64,000 bases of DNA from an uncultured Bacteroidales bacterium (lineage in GTDB: Bacteria; Bacteroidota; Bacteroidia; Bacteroidales; UBA10428), in assembly GCA_963705125.1 (NCBI GenBank), contig CAVPIY010000008.1, forward strand, positions 719,900 to 783,899, given 5' to 3'. Both the position numbers and the translations under genes were made by a program. The first letter of the stretch is position 1. Each line of letters opens with the position of its first letter. The notes under the pieces are model-generated. The model saw only the letters and a list, made by a program, of their open reading frames with translations. It did no database searches and was not told where the DNA came from. Below are positions 26,529-36,771 of the stretch, piece after piece.

Positions 26529-27679
26529 GACCGGATTATACATATTTCGCGATTATCTTTTGCTTTTTTTTGACTAGTGCAGGCAGAGCTCAGCAGTTGC
26601 ATCTAAATCTTGAGAACCAGATCAGCGGCTGGGCCACGGCTGGATTCAGCGATCCACTGATCTATCAGTTTGGCAGCCGGTATATTCCTTCCCTGAGCCT
26701 GTCCGACAGTCTGAGAAAAAACCGGATCATCGATACTGAGTTATCCTGCAACGCATATGGGAATGTGAATTTCACAGGTCAGGATTATGATGGTGGTAAC
26801 GTCGTAATTAAGCCTTACCGGCTCTGGATCCGTTATGGAACACCCAGGTTGGAGTTCAGGTTCGGATTGCAGAAGATCAATTTTGGTTCTGCTGCGATCC
26901 TCAGACCCCTGATGTGGTTTGACAGAATGGATTACCGTGACCCCCTGCAACTCACCGACGGAGTATATGCTTTACTGGGCCGGTATTATTTTCAGAAGAA
27001 TGCCAATATCTGGCTTTGGGCCTTGTATGGCAATGATGAAACAAAAGGATGGGAAAAAGTCCCTACCCAGGAACACACGCCTGAATTCGGCGGACGATTT
27101 CAGCTTCCACTTGGAAAAGGAGAGGCTGCCCTTAGCTTTCATCACCGTCATGCTGAATTATTTCTGGCTACCGATACCCTGCCTGTTGTCATTCAGGACC
27201 GTTATCCCGAAAGCAGGATTGGCCTGGATGGGAAATGGGACCTGGGTGTGGGCCTTTGGTTCGAAAGTACGCTCATGCAAAGCCATACCAATAACGTCAT
27301 GATCAGGAGATGGGAAACTTATTTTAACTTTGGCATGGACTATACCCTCCCGCTGGGGAATGGACTGAACCTTACGGCGGAATATTTCCGTTATGGTCGT
27401 ACAGACGATCTGACCGAAAAAGGTCAGCATACGACCTATACGGCAGTAGCGGCCAATTATCCGATAGGGGTACTGAACAACATCATGGGCATGGTTTATT
27501 ATAACTGGGACCAGCAGGACTGGTACCGTTTTCTCAGCCTGCAGCGAATATATGATTACTGGAGCTTCTATCTGATGGCTTTCTGGAATCCCGATCAACT
27601 TGCACTATACAGTGGTGGTAGTGACGAAAGCCTTTTTGCAGGGAAGGGAATCCAGTTCATGGTGGTAGTAAGTTTTTAA
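26525..27679 (+). CDS. outer-membrane beta-barrel protein (porin-like), family unknown
   Basis: 384 aa with a signal peptide (FFLTSAGRAQQ), alternating aromatic/hydrophilic strands and a C-terminal ...QFMVVVSF beta-signal. It has an ATGA overlap with the upstream gene. Confidence 0.5.
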   Translation: MRPDYTYFAIIFCFFLTSAGRAQQLHLNLENQISGWATAGFSDPLIYQFGSRYIPSLSLSDSLRKNRIIDTELSCNAYGNVNFTGQDYDGGNVVIKPYRLWIRYGTPRLEFRFGLQKINFGSAAILRPLMWFDRMDYRDPLQLTDGVYALLGRYYFQKNANIWLWALYGNDETKGWEKVPTQEHTPEFGGRFQLPLGKGEAALSFHHRHAELFLATDTLPVVIQDRYPESRIGLDGKWDLGVGLWFESTLMQSHTNNVMIRRWETYFNFGMDYTLPLGNGLNLTAEYFRYGRTDDLTEKGQHTTYTAVAANYPIGVLNNIMGMVYYNWDQQDWYRFLSLQRIYDYWSFYLMAFWNPDQLALYSGGSDESLFAGKGIQFMVVVSF

Positions 27680-27705
27680 TATAGGTTATTCAACATACTT
27701 ATCTA

Positions 27706-28407
27706 ATGGAAACAGGAAGAATCATTTCAATTGAAGGTTTGAAAAAGCATTTCCCTATGGGAAGTGGCAGGTTTACGGCACTAAACGGCATAGACCTCTC
27801 ATTTGTCAAGGGTGAGTTTGCGGGAGTTATTGGTCCGAGCGGGTCGGGGAAGACCACCCTGCTCAATATTATCGGTTCGCTTGACTCTCCTTCCGAGGGG
27901 AGGGCAACCGTAATGGGTCAATCTGTTGGAGAATTAAGCGCCAGGCAATCGGCTACTCTTCGCAAATCGCAGCTTGGATTCATTTTTCAGAGTTATAACC
28001 TGCTCCATGTACACACGGTATTTGAAAATGTTGAGTTTCCTTTGCTTCTGCTGGGCATTGAAAGCGCCAGGCGGAAAAAAATGGTGTTGGATGCCCTGGA
28101 GTGGGTGGGGCTTTCTGATAAGTTAAAATCAAAGCCTTCCCAGCTTTCCGGGGGTGAATGCCAGCGGGTGGCTATCGCCAGGGCCATGGTCAAAATTCCG
28201 GTGATCGTACTGGCCGACGAACCTACCGCCAATCTCGACGCGGCCAATTCACACCATATCCTTCAGACCATGGAAAAACTGAATAAAGAGCTTCAGACCA
28301 CCTTTATTTTTGCCACACATGATGAGAAGGTGATCAGCTATATCCGCCGCAAGATCTATCTAGAGGATGGGAAAGTGGCCCGGGATGAAATCATTTCCAA
28401 AAACTGA
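27706..28407 (+). CDS. ABC transporter ATP-binding protein (LolD/MacB-type)
   Basis: 233 aa with Walker A (GPSGSGKTT), Q-loop, signature ([14 protein letters not shown]) and Walker B (VLADEPT). Confidence 0.9.
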   Translation: METGRIISIEGLKKHFPMGSGRFTALNGIDLSFVKGEFAGVIGPSGSGKTTLLNIIGSLDSPSEGRATVMGQSVGELSARQSATLRKSQLGFIFQSYNLLHVHTVFENVEFPLLLLGIESARRKKMVLDALEWVGLSDKLKSKPSQLSGGECQRVAIARAMVKIPVIVLADEPTANLDAANSHHILQTMEKLNKELQTTFIFATHDEKVISYIRRKIYLEDGKVARDEIISKN

Positions 28408-28421
28408 CGGAGGACATACTG

Positions 28422-29594
28422 ATGATGGCAATTCAACTGGCATTGCGAAATTTGTTGGGTGCAGGTTTACGAACCTGGCTCAATGTAATCGTGTTGTCCT
28501 TTGCCTTCGTGGTCATTATCTGGCATAAGGGATTCCTCGATTCGTGGGACCGGCAGGCCAAAACCGATATGATCAACTGGGAACTGGGAGGCGGTCAGTA
28601 CAGGCATATGGCCTATGATCCCTATGATCCATTTACCCTGCAGGACAGTCATGGCACAATACCAAAAGAACTAAGTGATCTGATAAAACAGGGAGACCTT
28701 ACCCCAATTCTGATTTCACAGGGTACCCTATATCCTTCGGGCAGGATGCAGGGTGTCCTTATTAAAGGTATAGATCCAGGGCAAGGTATACTTTCAATTC
28801 CGTCCGGACGTTTGATCGGTCAGGGTGACGGCATCCCCGCCATCATCGGGAGCAACATGGCAGCCAGTGCACGACTCAAGGAAGGCGACCTGGTTACCTT
28901 GCGCTGGCGTGACAGGAATGGTGCGTTTGATGCAGCAGAGATCAGGATCGCAGCTGTCTTTAAAACCAATGTTCCCACAGTGGATGTTGGACAGATCTGG
29001 ATCCCCCTGCCGGAATTGCAGCGTATCTTACTCCTGCCTGATGAGGCGACCCTGCTGGTCGTGAAGGATCCTCGGGCATCCTGGTCAAAATTTGAAGGCT
29101 GGATCTACCATAGCCAGGAAAACCTGCTGGAAGATATCAGCAAGATTATCCGTGCCAAGGCAACAGGCGGGGCCATCCTCTGGGGAGTACTTTTGTTGTT
29201 GGCCATGCTGGCAGTTTTTGACACGCAGGTGTTGTCCATCTTCAAGCGCCAGAAGGAGATCGGCACCTATGTAGCCCTGGGGATGACGCGGAGACAGGTA
29301 GTAGCACTTTTTACCGTCGAAGGGGCCATGCATTCCGTGCTTGCCGCAATGCTCGGTGCGTTGTACGGTATTCCCCTCCTGGCATTGCAGGCCTACAAGG
29401 GTATCTCCATTCCCATGAGCAGCAAGGATTATGGCATATCCGTGGCAGATACGATATACCCGGTATACAGCCTAAACCTCGTGCTCAGCACAGTGGTCAT
29501 TATCATGATCACCACCACCCTGGTAAGTTACTGGCCATCCAGGAAAATATCTAAAATGAAACCAACAGATGCTTTAAGGGGGAAAATACAATGA
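28422..29594 (+). CDS. ABC transporter permease, FtsX family (LolC/E-like)
   Basis: 390 aa. It has an N-terminal TM segment, a periplasmic domain and a C-terminal FtsX block (KEIGTYVALGMTRRQV...). Confidence 0.8.
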   Translation: MMAIQLALRNLLGAGLRTWLNVIVLSFAFVVIIWHKGFLDSWDRQAKTDMINWELGGGQYRHMAYDPYDPFTLQDSHGTIPKELSDLIKQGDLTPILISQGTLYPSGRMQGVLIKGIDPGQGILSIPSGRLIGQGDGIPAIIGSNMAASARLKEGDLVTLRWRDRNGAFDAAEIRIAAVFKTNVPTVDVGQIWIPLPELQRILLLPDEATLLVVKDPRASWSKFEGWIYHSQENLLEDISKIIRAKATGGAILWGVLLLLAMLAVFDTQVLSIFKRQKEIGTYVALGMTRRQVVALFTVEGAMHSVLAAMLGALYGIPLLALQAYKGISIPMSSKDYGISVADTIYPVYSLNLVLSTVVIIMITTTLVSYWPSRKISKMKPTDALRGKIQ

Positions 29595-30865
29595 TCCGGT
29601 TTTTGTGGAAAGGTTTATTGCGCGACAGACACCGCAGTTTGTTGCCATTGATCGTAGTGGCTATCGGAGTGATGCTTACCGTTTTTTTCCAGAGCTGGCT
29701 TTCAGGAATCATGGGTGACAGTATCGAATTTAATGCACGGTTTACGACAGGACATGTGAAGGTAACAACGGCGGCCTATGCAGAGAATATTGATCAGATT
29801 CCCAACGACCTGGCATTGCTAGGCAGCGATACTCTCCTTGGATTACTAATGAAGGAGATGCCGGATATGAATTGGGCTGAACGCATTCACTTTGCAGGTC
29901 TGATTGATGTGCCTGATGAAAAAGGAGAAACACGTGCACAGGGGACCATCATTGGATTTGGCATTGATCTTCTTTCAGGAAATCCTTCGGAAATTGACAG
30001 GATGAATATCAGGAAGTCGGTAAAGAAGGGACATCTACCGGGAGGAAGCGGGGAAGTGCTGATCAGTGATGCTGTGGCAGAAAAAATGGATGTAAATCCC
30101 GGAGATACAGTAAGCCTGATCAGTTCAACCATGTACGGTGAAATGACGATTTATAATTTTACCGTAGCCGGTACGGTGGAATTTGGAACCAGCGTTATGG
30201 ACAGGGGTACTGTGATCGCTGATATACAAGACATACGGGAAGCACTTAACATGGAAGATGCTACCGGTGAAATATTGGGTTTCTTTGGTGAAGGCTTTTA
30301 TGACCAGGGACTGGCCAGAGAGGTATCAGCCCGCTTCAATGCAGCATATAACATATCATCCGATGAATTTTCGCCACTGATGAAACCGTTGCAGGATCAG
30401 AGCGGCATGGGAGTGTTCGTGGAATATGCATCGAAACTACTGGGAATTATGGTATTCGTATTTCTATTTGCCATGTCGATTGTGCTTTGGAATGCAGGTC
30501 TTCTGGGTGGTTTGCGTCGTTATGGTGAATTTGGTATGCGCCTTGCAATAGGTGAATCAAAGGGGCATGTATATAAAACCATGATTTATGAATCTCTGCT
30601 GATCGGCATACTGGGTTCAGTGATCGGCCAGATTGCTGGTCTGGGCATAGCCTTGTATCTGCAGACATATGGACTCAACCTGGGAATGATGACCAGGAAT
30701 GCTGCCATCATGATGCCTGACGTGTTTCGTGCACGCATCACACCGGAAACCTGGTTCATAGGCTTTATCCCCGGAGTGTTTTCCAAACTGATAGGTACCC
30801 TGCTTTCTGGCATTGGTATCTTTAAACGTCAAACAGCACAACTTTTTAAGGAGTTAGAAGCATGA
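29591..30865 (+). CDS. ABC transporter permease, FtsX family (LolC/E-like), second subunit
   Basis: 424 aa with the same topology as the upstream permease (GEFGMRLAIGESKGHV...). It has ATGA overlaps on both sides. Confidence 0.8.
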   Translation: MIRFLWKGLLRDRHRSLLPLIVVAIGVMLTVFFQSWLSGIMGDSIEFNARFTTGHVKVTTAAYAENIDQIPNDLALLGSDTLLGLLMKEMPDMNWAERIHFAGLIDVPDEKGETRAQGTIIGFGIDLLSGNPSEIDRMNIRKSVKKGHLPGGSGEVLISDAVAEKMDVNPGDTVSLISSTMYGEMTIYNFTVAGTVEFGTSVMDRGTVIADIQDIREALNMEDATGEILGFFGEGFYDQGLAREVSARFNAAYNISSDEFSPLMKPLQDQSGMGVFVEYASKLLGIMVFVFLFAMSIVLWNAGLLGGLRRYGEFGMRLAIGESKGHVYKTMIYESLLIGILGSVIGQIAGLGIALYLQTYGLNLGMMTRNAAIMMPDVFRARITPETWFIGFIPGVFSKLIGTLLSGIGIFKRQTAQLFKELEA

Positions 30866-31593
30866 AAACAATACTGGCCTTTTTACTGCTTGGATTTACC
30901 AGCATTTTTGCCCAACCTGATGCAAAAGAAATACTCCGGAGGATTGATCAGAATATGACTTCCGAGAACCGGGTATTTACTTCCAAAATGATCATCCATG
31001 GCCGGAGAAGTGATCGCACGGTAGAGTCGAAAACCTGGACTGCCGGGGAGAATAAATCCTATACCGAGTACCTCTTCCCTGTCCGGGATCAGGGAACAAA
31101 AATGCTGAAGCTCGAGGATCAGTTGTGGATATATTCACCCTCAACCGACAGGATCATTCAAATCTCAGGTCATATGCTGCGACAGTCGGTAATGGGATCG
31201 GACCTTTCCTACGAGGACCTGATGGAAGATGACCGGTTAACCGAACATTACAATGCTGAGGTCACCGGGAGTGAAAAGTTAGAGGAACGGTCATGCTGGA
31301 TTATAAAACTCACTGCTTTCGATCCCGAAGTGACCTACCAGGGAATGAAACTCTGGGTTGACCGGGAGCGGTATATCCCATTGCGCGAGGAACTGTATGC
31401 CAAGAGTGGTACCCTGCTGAAGCTTACCGAACTGTCGAATGTTGAAAACCTGAACGGACGATGGTACCCAAAAAAGATCATTTTCAAGGATATGCTTAAA
31501 GATGGCGAGGGTACCGAGTTTATCATCGGAGATATCCAGTTCAATGTTCACATCCCGGATTATACATTTTCAAAAGCGAGTCTGAAAAAATAA
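30862..31593 (+). CDS. outer-membrane lipoprotein-sorting (LolA-like) protein
   Basis: 243 aa with a signal peptide. Its size and the pattern ...KMLKLEDQLWIYSP..DRIIQISGHMLRQSVMGSDLSYEDL... match LolA-like proteins that accompany FtsX-type ABC systems. Confidence 0.6.
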   Translation: MKTILAFLLLGFTSIFAQPDAKEILRRIDQNMTSENRVFTSKMIIHGRRSDRTVESKTWTAGENKSYTEYLFPVRDQGTKMLKLEDQLWIYSPSTDRIIQISGHMLRQSVMGSDLSYEDLMEDDRLTEHYNAEVTGSEKLEERSCWIIKLTAFDPEVTYQGMKLWVDRERYIPLREELYAKSGTLLKLTELSNVENLNGRWYPKKIIFKDMLKDGEGTEFIIGDIQFNVHIPDYTFSKASLKK

Positions 31594-31602
31594 ATCTGCA
31601 GT

Positions 31603-32229
31603 ATGACCCTTACTGATAGCAATTTTTGGGAGGTAATATTCAATACCCATAAAATCATTGAGATTGGGGGATTACTATTTGTTTTAGTCATTGTATACAT
31701 TGAAACCGGCTTTTTTCTGGGGCTTGTTTTACCGGGGGGTGACTATATGCTTTTTGCCGCAGGGATGTTCTGCGGAACAAAATATCTCGAAGTACCGATT
31801 TATTGGCTTGTTTCCCTGTTGATTCTGGCCTCCTTCCTGGGAGATCTGACCGGTTACCTCAAAGGCAGGTGGCTGGGCAGCAAACTCTTTACTGATAACA
31901 AATCCCGATTTTTTAAAATATCTTACCTGGACAGGGGTAAGAAGTTCTATGGCAAATATGGCATCTGGGCCTTTGTTCTGGGACGCTTTATGCCCGTGAT
32001 CCGAACGTTGGTCCCCATGATTGCCGGAGTGACCATTTTCCCTTTCAGGAAGTTTTTACTTTCCAGTGGGTTTGGAGTGATTACCTGGGTTGGCAGCCTT
32101 GTTCCGCTGGGATATTTTATAGGCAAGGCATATCCCGGAGTAATCAATTATTCGGTTTATATTCTTTTGCTGGTTGTTGTCATTGCCTCCTTTCCTCTAG
32201 TAAGAATGATCTTTTCCAATAAGCCATGA
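31603..32229 (+). CDS. DedA/VTT-domain membrane protein
   Basis: 208 aa with GFFLGLVLPGGDYMLF, GRFMPVIRTLVPMIAG and 4-5 TM helices. It starts 9 nt after the LolA-like gene. Confidence 0.75.
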   Translation: MTLTDSNFWEVIFNTHKIIEIGGLLFVLVIVYIETGFFLGLVLPGGDYMLFAAGMFCGTKYLEVPIYWLVSLLILASFLGDLTGYLKGRWLGSKLFTDNKSRFFKISYLDRGKKFYGKYGIWAFVLGRFMPVIRTLVPMIAGVTIFPFRKFLLSSGFGVITWVGSLVPLGYFIGKAYPGVINYSVYILLLVVVIASFPLVRMIFSNKP

Positions 32230-32293
32230 AGGGCTTCTTTTTCCTGATAAATTTTATATTTCGCACGAATTCCGGCTTTAATTATTTATTTTT

Positions 32294-32301
32294 TACATTT
32301 G
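32294..32301 (+). promoter_or_regulatory. Bacteroidota -7 promoter box (TAnnTTTG)
   Basis: TACATTTG lies 31 nt upstream of the leuS ATG at 32332. This is a motif match only. Confidence 0.35.
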
Positions 32302-32331
32302 CCGATTCATTTATTATTCAGGATCAACAGA

Positions 32332-34989
32332 ATGGAATACAACTTTGGTGAAGTAGAAAAGAAATGGCAACTATACTGGGAGGAGAACAAAACATTTAAA
32401 ACCCGGGATGATTTTTCCAATCCAAACAAATTCTATATATTGGACATGTTTCCCTATCCTTCTGGCAGCGGACTGCACGTCGGGCACCCCGAGGGATATA
32501 CGGCTACCGATATTGTTGCCCGTTATAAGCGGATGAAGGGTTATAATGTACTTCACCCGATGGGTTGGGATGCTTTCGGACTGCCTGCCGAACAATATGC
32601 CATACAAACCGGGACTCATCCTGCCATCATCACCAACGACAATTGTGATACATTCAGGCGTCAGATCAAATCACTTGGACTGGGATACGACTGGGACAGG
32701 GAAATCAATACAACGGATCCGGGGTATTTTAAATGGACCCAGTGGATCTTCATCCGGTTGTATAATACCTGGTTTGATGATATGCAACAAAAAGGCCGAC
32801 CCATACATGATTTGCCTATACCGGCTGAAGTGAAGGAGAAGGGAAAAAAAGCCGCACGGGAATATACTGACAGCAAACGACTGGCTTATTATGACAATGC
32901 CCAGGTTTGGTATTGTGAGCATTGCCGTATCGTTTGCTCAAATGAGGAGGTACTGACTGATGGCTCACACGAGAAATGCGGTAATCCGGTGATCCGCAAA
33001 AACCTGAAGCAATGGATGCTGCGAATACCGCTCTATGCAGAAAGATTACTGAATGGTCTGGACCAGCTCGATTGGCCGGAAGGGATAAAAGATATGCAGC
33101 GAAACTGGATCGGACGTTCAACTGGAGCTGAGGTGGATTTCGGCATTGAGGATCTGAATGCCTCCCTCAGGGTATATACTACCCGACCAGACACACTATT
33201 CGGGGCTACCTATATGGTCATTGCACCTGAGCATGACATGTTGAATCAGATAACGATCACCGGACAGTGGGATAGGGTGTCTGCTTACATCAAAGAAGCC
33301 TCTTTAAAATCGGATCTCGACCGCACTGACCTGGCAAAGGAAAAAACAGGTGTATTTACCGGCCGGTATGCTATAAATCCGGTAAATGGCAAGAAAATCC
33401 CGATCTGGGTGGCCGATTATGTATTGATCGGTTATGGAACCGGCGCCATTATGGCCGTTCCTGCACATGATTCGCGTGACTTTGAATTCGCGGAGAAATT
33501 TAAGCTGCCCATCGACTGCATCATGGATCCTGCCGGTGCAGATGAAGCACTTCGGCAAAAGGTGCTGAGCGGTAAGGCCTGCTGGACCGAAGACGGGATT
33601 TATATCAACTCTGCCAGCCAGGAAAGGGGCATTTCCATCAATGGGTTGAACAAGGAAAAGGGTATACAAGCCATTATAGCCTGGCTGGAAAAAAAGGCCA
33701 TTGGTAAGGCCACGGTGAACTACAAGTTACGCGACTGGCTGTTCAGCCGGCAGCGTTACTGGGGAGAGCCCTTCCCGGTTATCCACTGGGAAGATGGTGA
33801 AATAGAGGTGCTCAGTGATGAGGAACTTCCTTTAGAATTGCCGGCACTCACCAAATACCAGCCCGGGGCGGACGGTGAATCTCCCCTGGCCAATGCGACG
33901 GAATGGCTGCATGTAACAAAGGAAGGAAGGAAGGGTCGCCGCGAAACCAATACCATGCCGCAATGGGCAGGATCATGCTGGTATTATTTACGGTTTATCG
34001 ATCCGGGAAATACCCGTGAGCCTTTCTCAAAGGAAAAGGAAAATTACTGGATGCCCGTTGACCTGTATATTGGTGGAGCAGAGCATGCAGTGCTTCACCT
34101 GTTATACAGCCGGTTCTGGCATAAGGTACTGTTCGATCTGGGTATTGTTTCAACCGATGAGCCATTCCGGAAATTGTTCAATCAGGGTATGATCCTGGCC
34201 TTTGCCTATGAAACGGTTACCGGAGCGAAGGTGCCGGCTGACATGGTTATTGACCAGGAGGGGAAGTATTTTCACAAGGATAGTGGGGAAGAGCTGCACC
34301 AGATCGTCGCCAAGATGTCAAAGTCATTGAAGAATGTTGTTAATCCCGATGATGTAGTAAGGCAATATGGCGCCGATTCCCTCCGCCTGTATGAAATGTT
34401 CATGGGACCACTTGATGTGATCAAACCCTGGGCCGACAATGGTGTTAAAGGTGTATACGGTTTCCTGAACCGGGTGTGCCGTTTTTTTGGTGAGGCCGGT
34501 AACATAGTTGACGGGGAAGAGGATATAGAGATATTGAAAGGATTGCATCAGACCATCAAAAAAGTGGGACACGATATCGAGCACCTGCATTTCAATACAG
34601 CCATCTCGCAGATGATGATCTTTACCAACCTGTGTATTAAAAAGGGCAAAGTAACCATTGAAACAGCACAGGCATTTGTCAAAGTACTTTCTCCTTTTGC
34701 CCCGCACCTGTCCGAGGAGCTTTGGGAAAAACTTGGAAACAAAGCAGGAATTACACTGCAGCCATTTCCGGTTTGCAATGAATTGTATTTGCAGGAAGAT
34801 GAATTTGAATATCCGGTTTCCTTCAACGGGAAGCTCAGGTATAAACTATTAATGCCACTTGATATGCAGGCTGACGAGGTTGAACAGAAGGTCAGGACCA
34901 ATCCGCAATCCCGAAAATGGATCGAGGGCAAGCAAGTTAAAAAGATCGTATTTGTTCCAGGTAAAATCATTAATGTTGTGGTTGTGTAA
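32332..34989 (+). CDS. leuS: leucine--tRNA ligase
   Basis: 885 aa from ATG 32332 ([16 protein letters not shown]). It has the HIGH motif as [13 protein letters not shown] and KMSKS as AKMSKSLKN, with the LeuS-type CP1 insertion. Confidence 0.95.
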   Translation: MEYNFGEVEKKWQLYWEENKTFKTRDDFSNPNKFYILDMFPYPSGSGLHVGHPEGYTATDIVARYKRMKGYNVLHPMGWDAFGLPAEQYAIQTGTHPAIITNDNCDTFRRQIKSLGLGYDWDREINTTDPGYFKWTQWIFIRLYNTWFDDMQQKGRPIHDLPIPAEVKEKGKKAAREYTDSKRLAYYDNAQVWYCEHCRIVCSNEEVLTDGSHEKCGNPVIRKNLKQWMLRIPLYAERLLNGLDQLDWPEGIKDMQRNWIGRSTGAEVDFGIEDLNASLRVYTTRPDTLFGATYMVIAPEHDMLNQITITGQWDRVSAYIKEASLKSDLDRTDLAKEKTGVFTGRYAINPVNGKKIPIWVADYVLIGYGTGAIMAVPAHDSRDFEFAEKFKLPIDCIMDPAGADEALRQKVLSGKACWTEDGIYINSASQERGISINGLNKEKGIQAIIAWLEKKAIGKATVNYKLRDWLFSRQRYWGEPFPVIHWEDGEIEVLSDEELPLELPALTKYQPGADGESPLANATEWLHVTKEGRKGRRETNTMPQWAGSCWYYLRFIDPGNTREPFSKEKENYWMPVDLYIGGAEHAVLHLLYSRFWHKVLFDLGIVSTDEPFRKLFNQGMILAFAYETVTGAKVPADMVIDQEGKYFHKDSGEELHQIVAKMSKSLKNVVNPDDVVRQYGADSLRLYEMFMGPLDVIKPWADNGVKGVYGFLNRVCRFFGEAGNIVDGEEDIEILKGLHQTIKKVGHDIEHLHFNTAISQMMIFTNLCIKKGKVTIETAQAFVKVLSPFAPHLSEELWEKLGNKAGITLQPFPVCNELYLQEDEFEYPVSFNGKLRYKLLMPLDMQADEVEQKVRTNPQSRKWIEGKQVKKIVFVPGKIINVVVV

Positions 34990-34992
34990 GAT

Positions 34993-36264
34993 ATGAAAAG
35001 AGGCCAAAAAATATGGATCGGAGCGGGAATTGTCCTGATGCTCATGATAATCGCCTATTGGATCGTATTTACCCGATATCTTATCATGCGTGAAAAATGG
35101 GGCAGACCTGAGCTGATCTCCCTGGAGAAACCGGTTCCCCGGTTATTCGGGCTGGCAATTGATTCATTCAACATTGAAACCGGTGCGGTGGGAAGAGATC
35201 AGAATCTGGGACAGATACTCCGGAAATATAACCTGCAGGAACGAGCGCATACACAGCTGCTGCTGTATGCCGGCAATGTTTTTGATGTACGCAAAATCAG
35301 GCAAGGCAACCGGTATACCGCTTTTTTGTCGAGAGACACCCTTTATCGGCTGCAATATTTTGTATATGAACATTCGCCGGTTGAATACGTGGTATTTGAT
35401 TTTACCGATAGTGTTCAAGTCAGTGTCAAACAGAAGGATATTGTCACCCGGCATAAAAAGGCACACGGGGAGATCATAACTTCGTTGTGGGATGCCATCA
35501 AAAAAGATGAGATCAATCCGCTGTTGGCGATTGAGCTATCGGAAATGTATCAATGGACAGTTGATTTCTTCGGTTTACAGCCTGGAGACAAGTTTACAGT
35601 AGTGTATGATGAGTTATATGTGGATACGGTCTCCATCGGTCTGGGCCGGATTCATGCTGCTTCTTTTTTTCACGGGGGCCGTGAATTGCTGGCCGTGCCT
35701 TTTACCCAGGACAGCATTGAAACCTATTTCGATACAGATGGTAACAGTCTACGCCGTGCCTTTCTCAAATCACCGCTGCGGTTTTCCTCCCGGATTTCTT
35801 CACGGTTTTCCAGTAGCAGAATGCATCCCATCCTGAAGATCAGGCGTCCGCATTACGGGGTAGATTATGCCGCACCTGTCGGTACACCGGTGTATTCAAT
35901 CGGTGACGGGCGGGTAATCATGGCCGGCACCCAGAGCGGATCCGGAAGGATAGTCAAGGTCAGGCACAATGGTGTATACACCTCTGTCTACATGCACCTG
36001 AGTGGATTTGGAAAGGGAATAACGACCGGAAAATACGTAATACAGGGTGAATTGCTGGGCTACGTGGGCAGTTCGGGTTTGTCCACCGGTCCGCACCTCG
36101 ATTTCAGGGTCACCCGAAACGGTTCCCCCATTGATCCCCTGAAAATGGAATCGCCCCCGGTAGATCCCATAAAACCGGAAAACAAAGTGGCGTTTGATTC
36201 TGTGAAACTGGCAACATTGCAATTGTTGAATGGAAAGGGATTTGCATCGACCGGACTTCGGTGA
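34993..36264 (+). CDS. M23 family peptidoglycan metalloendopeptidase
   Basis: 423 aa with an N-terminal TM segment. HYGVDYAAPVGTPV...GDG.V...G...G.G..V.V.H....T.YMHLS...G.VGSSGLSTGPHLDF is the LytM/M23 signature. Confidence 0.9.
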   Translation: MKRGQKIWIGAGIVLMLMIIAYWIVFTRYLIMREKWGRPELISLEKPVPRLFGLAIDSFNIETGAVGRDQNLGQILRKYNLQERAHTQLLLYAGNVFDVRKIRQGNRYTAFLSRDTLYRLQYFVYEHSPVEYVVFDFTDSVQVSVKQKDIVTRHKKAHGEIITSLWDAIKKDEINPLLAIELSEMYQWTVDFFGLQPGDKFTVVYDELYVDTVSIGLGRIHAASFFHGGRELLAVPFTQDSIETYFDTDGNSLRRAFLKSPLRFSSRISSRFSSSRMHPILKIRRPHYGVDYAAPVGTPVYSIGDGRVIMAGTQSGSGRIVKVRHNGVYTSVYMHLSGFGKGITTGKYVIQGELLGYVGSSGLSTGPHLDFRVTRNGSPIDPLKMESPPVDPIKPENKVAFDSVKLATLQLLNGKGFASTGLR

Positions 36265-36270
36265 CAGAAA

Positions 36271-36714
36271 TTACTCTCTTTTTTTTGCAAAAAAGTCCTT
36301 CAGCAGCTTGCTGCATTCGGATTTCATCACCCCCCCCAGTACAACGGTTTTCGGGTGGAGCAACGACTGCCTCACCAGGGTAAAGCCACGCTTTGCGTCA
36401 TCTGCACCATAGACTATTCTGCCCAGCTGTGTCCAGAAAGAAGCACCAGCACACATCACACAGGGTTCGAGGGTCACATACAACGTGCATTCTTCAAGAT
36501 ATTTTCCACCAATGGTATTGGTTGCAGCTGTATAAGCCTGCATTTCCGCATGGGCTGTCGGATCGCTCAGTGTTTCCACAAGGTTATGGGCCCTCGCAAT
36601 GATTCTGTTTTTCCAGACCACTACCGCGCCCACCGGAACCTCATCCTTTTCCAGAGACAATAGGGCCTCCTTATAAGCCTCATGCATAAAATATTCGTCG
36701 CTGAATAATCTCAT
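36271..36714 (-). CDS. tadA: tRNA adenosine(34) deaminase
   Basis: 147 aa from ATG 36714 (the ORF track's GTG at 36732 lies inside a palindrome). It has the CDA zinc motifs HAEMQA and PCVMCAGA. Confidence 0.85.
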   Translation of the reverse strand: MRLFSDEYFMHEAYKEALLSLEKDEVPVGAVVVWKNRIIARAHNLVETLSDPTAHAEMQAYTAATNTIGGKYLEECTLYVTLEPCVMCAGASFWTQLGRIVYGADDAKRGFTLVRQSLLHPKTVVLGGVMKSECSKLLKDFFAKKRE

Positions 36715-36729
36715 TTTACAAGCTTCATA

Positions 36730-36761
36730 CACCCTGTCAGGGTGCCACCCTGACAGGGTGG
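36730..36761. repeat. two abutting palindromes (caccctgtcagggtg / ccaccctgacagggtgg); REP-like intergenic element
   Basis: The palindromes are read directly from the sequence. The 18-mer accctgacagggtggttt (36747-36764) recurs exactly at 38321-38338. Both copies lie just downstream of a minus-strand stop codon. Confidence 0.8.
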
Positions 36762-36771
36762 TTTGTCAACT

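Noticed and set aside
34548-35045. 165-aa minus-strand ORF across the leuS / M23 junction
   Set aside because: It is antisense to two strongly supported genes and has no motifs. It is a shadow ORF.
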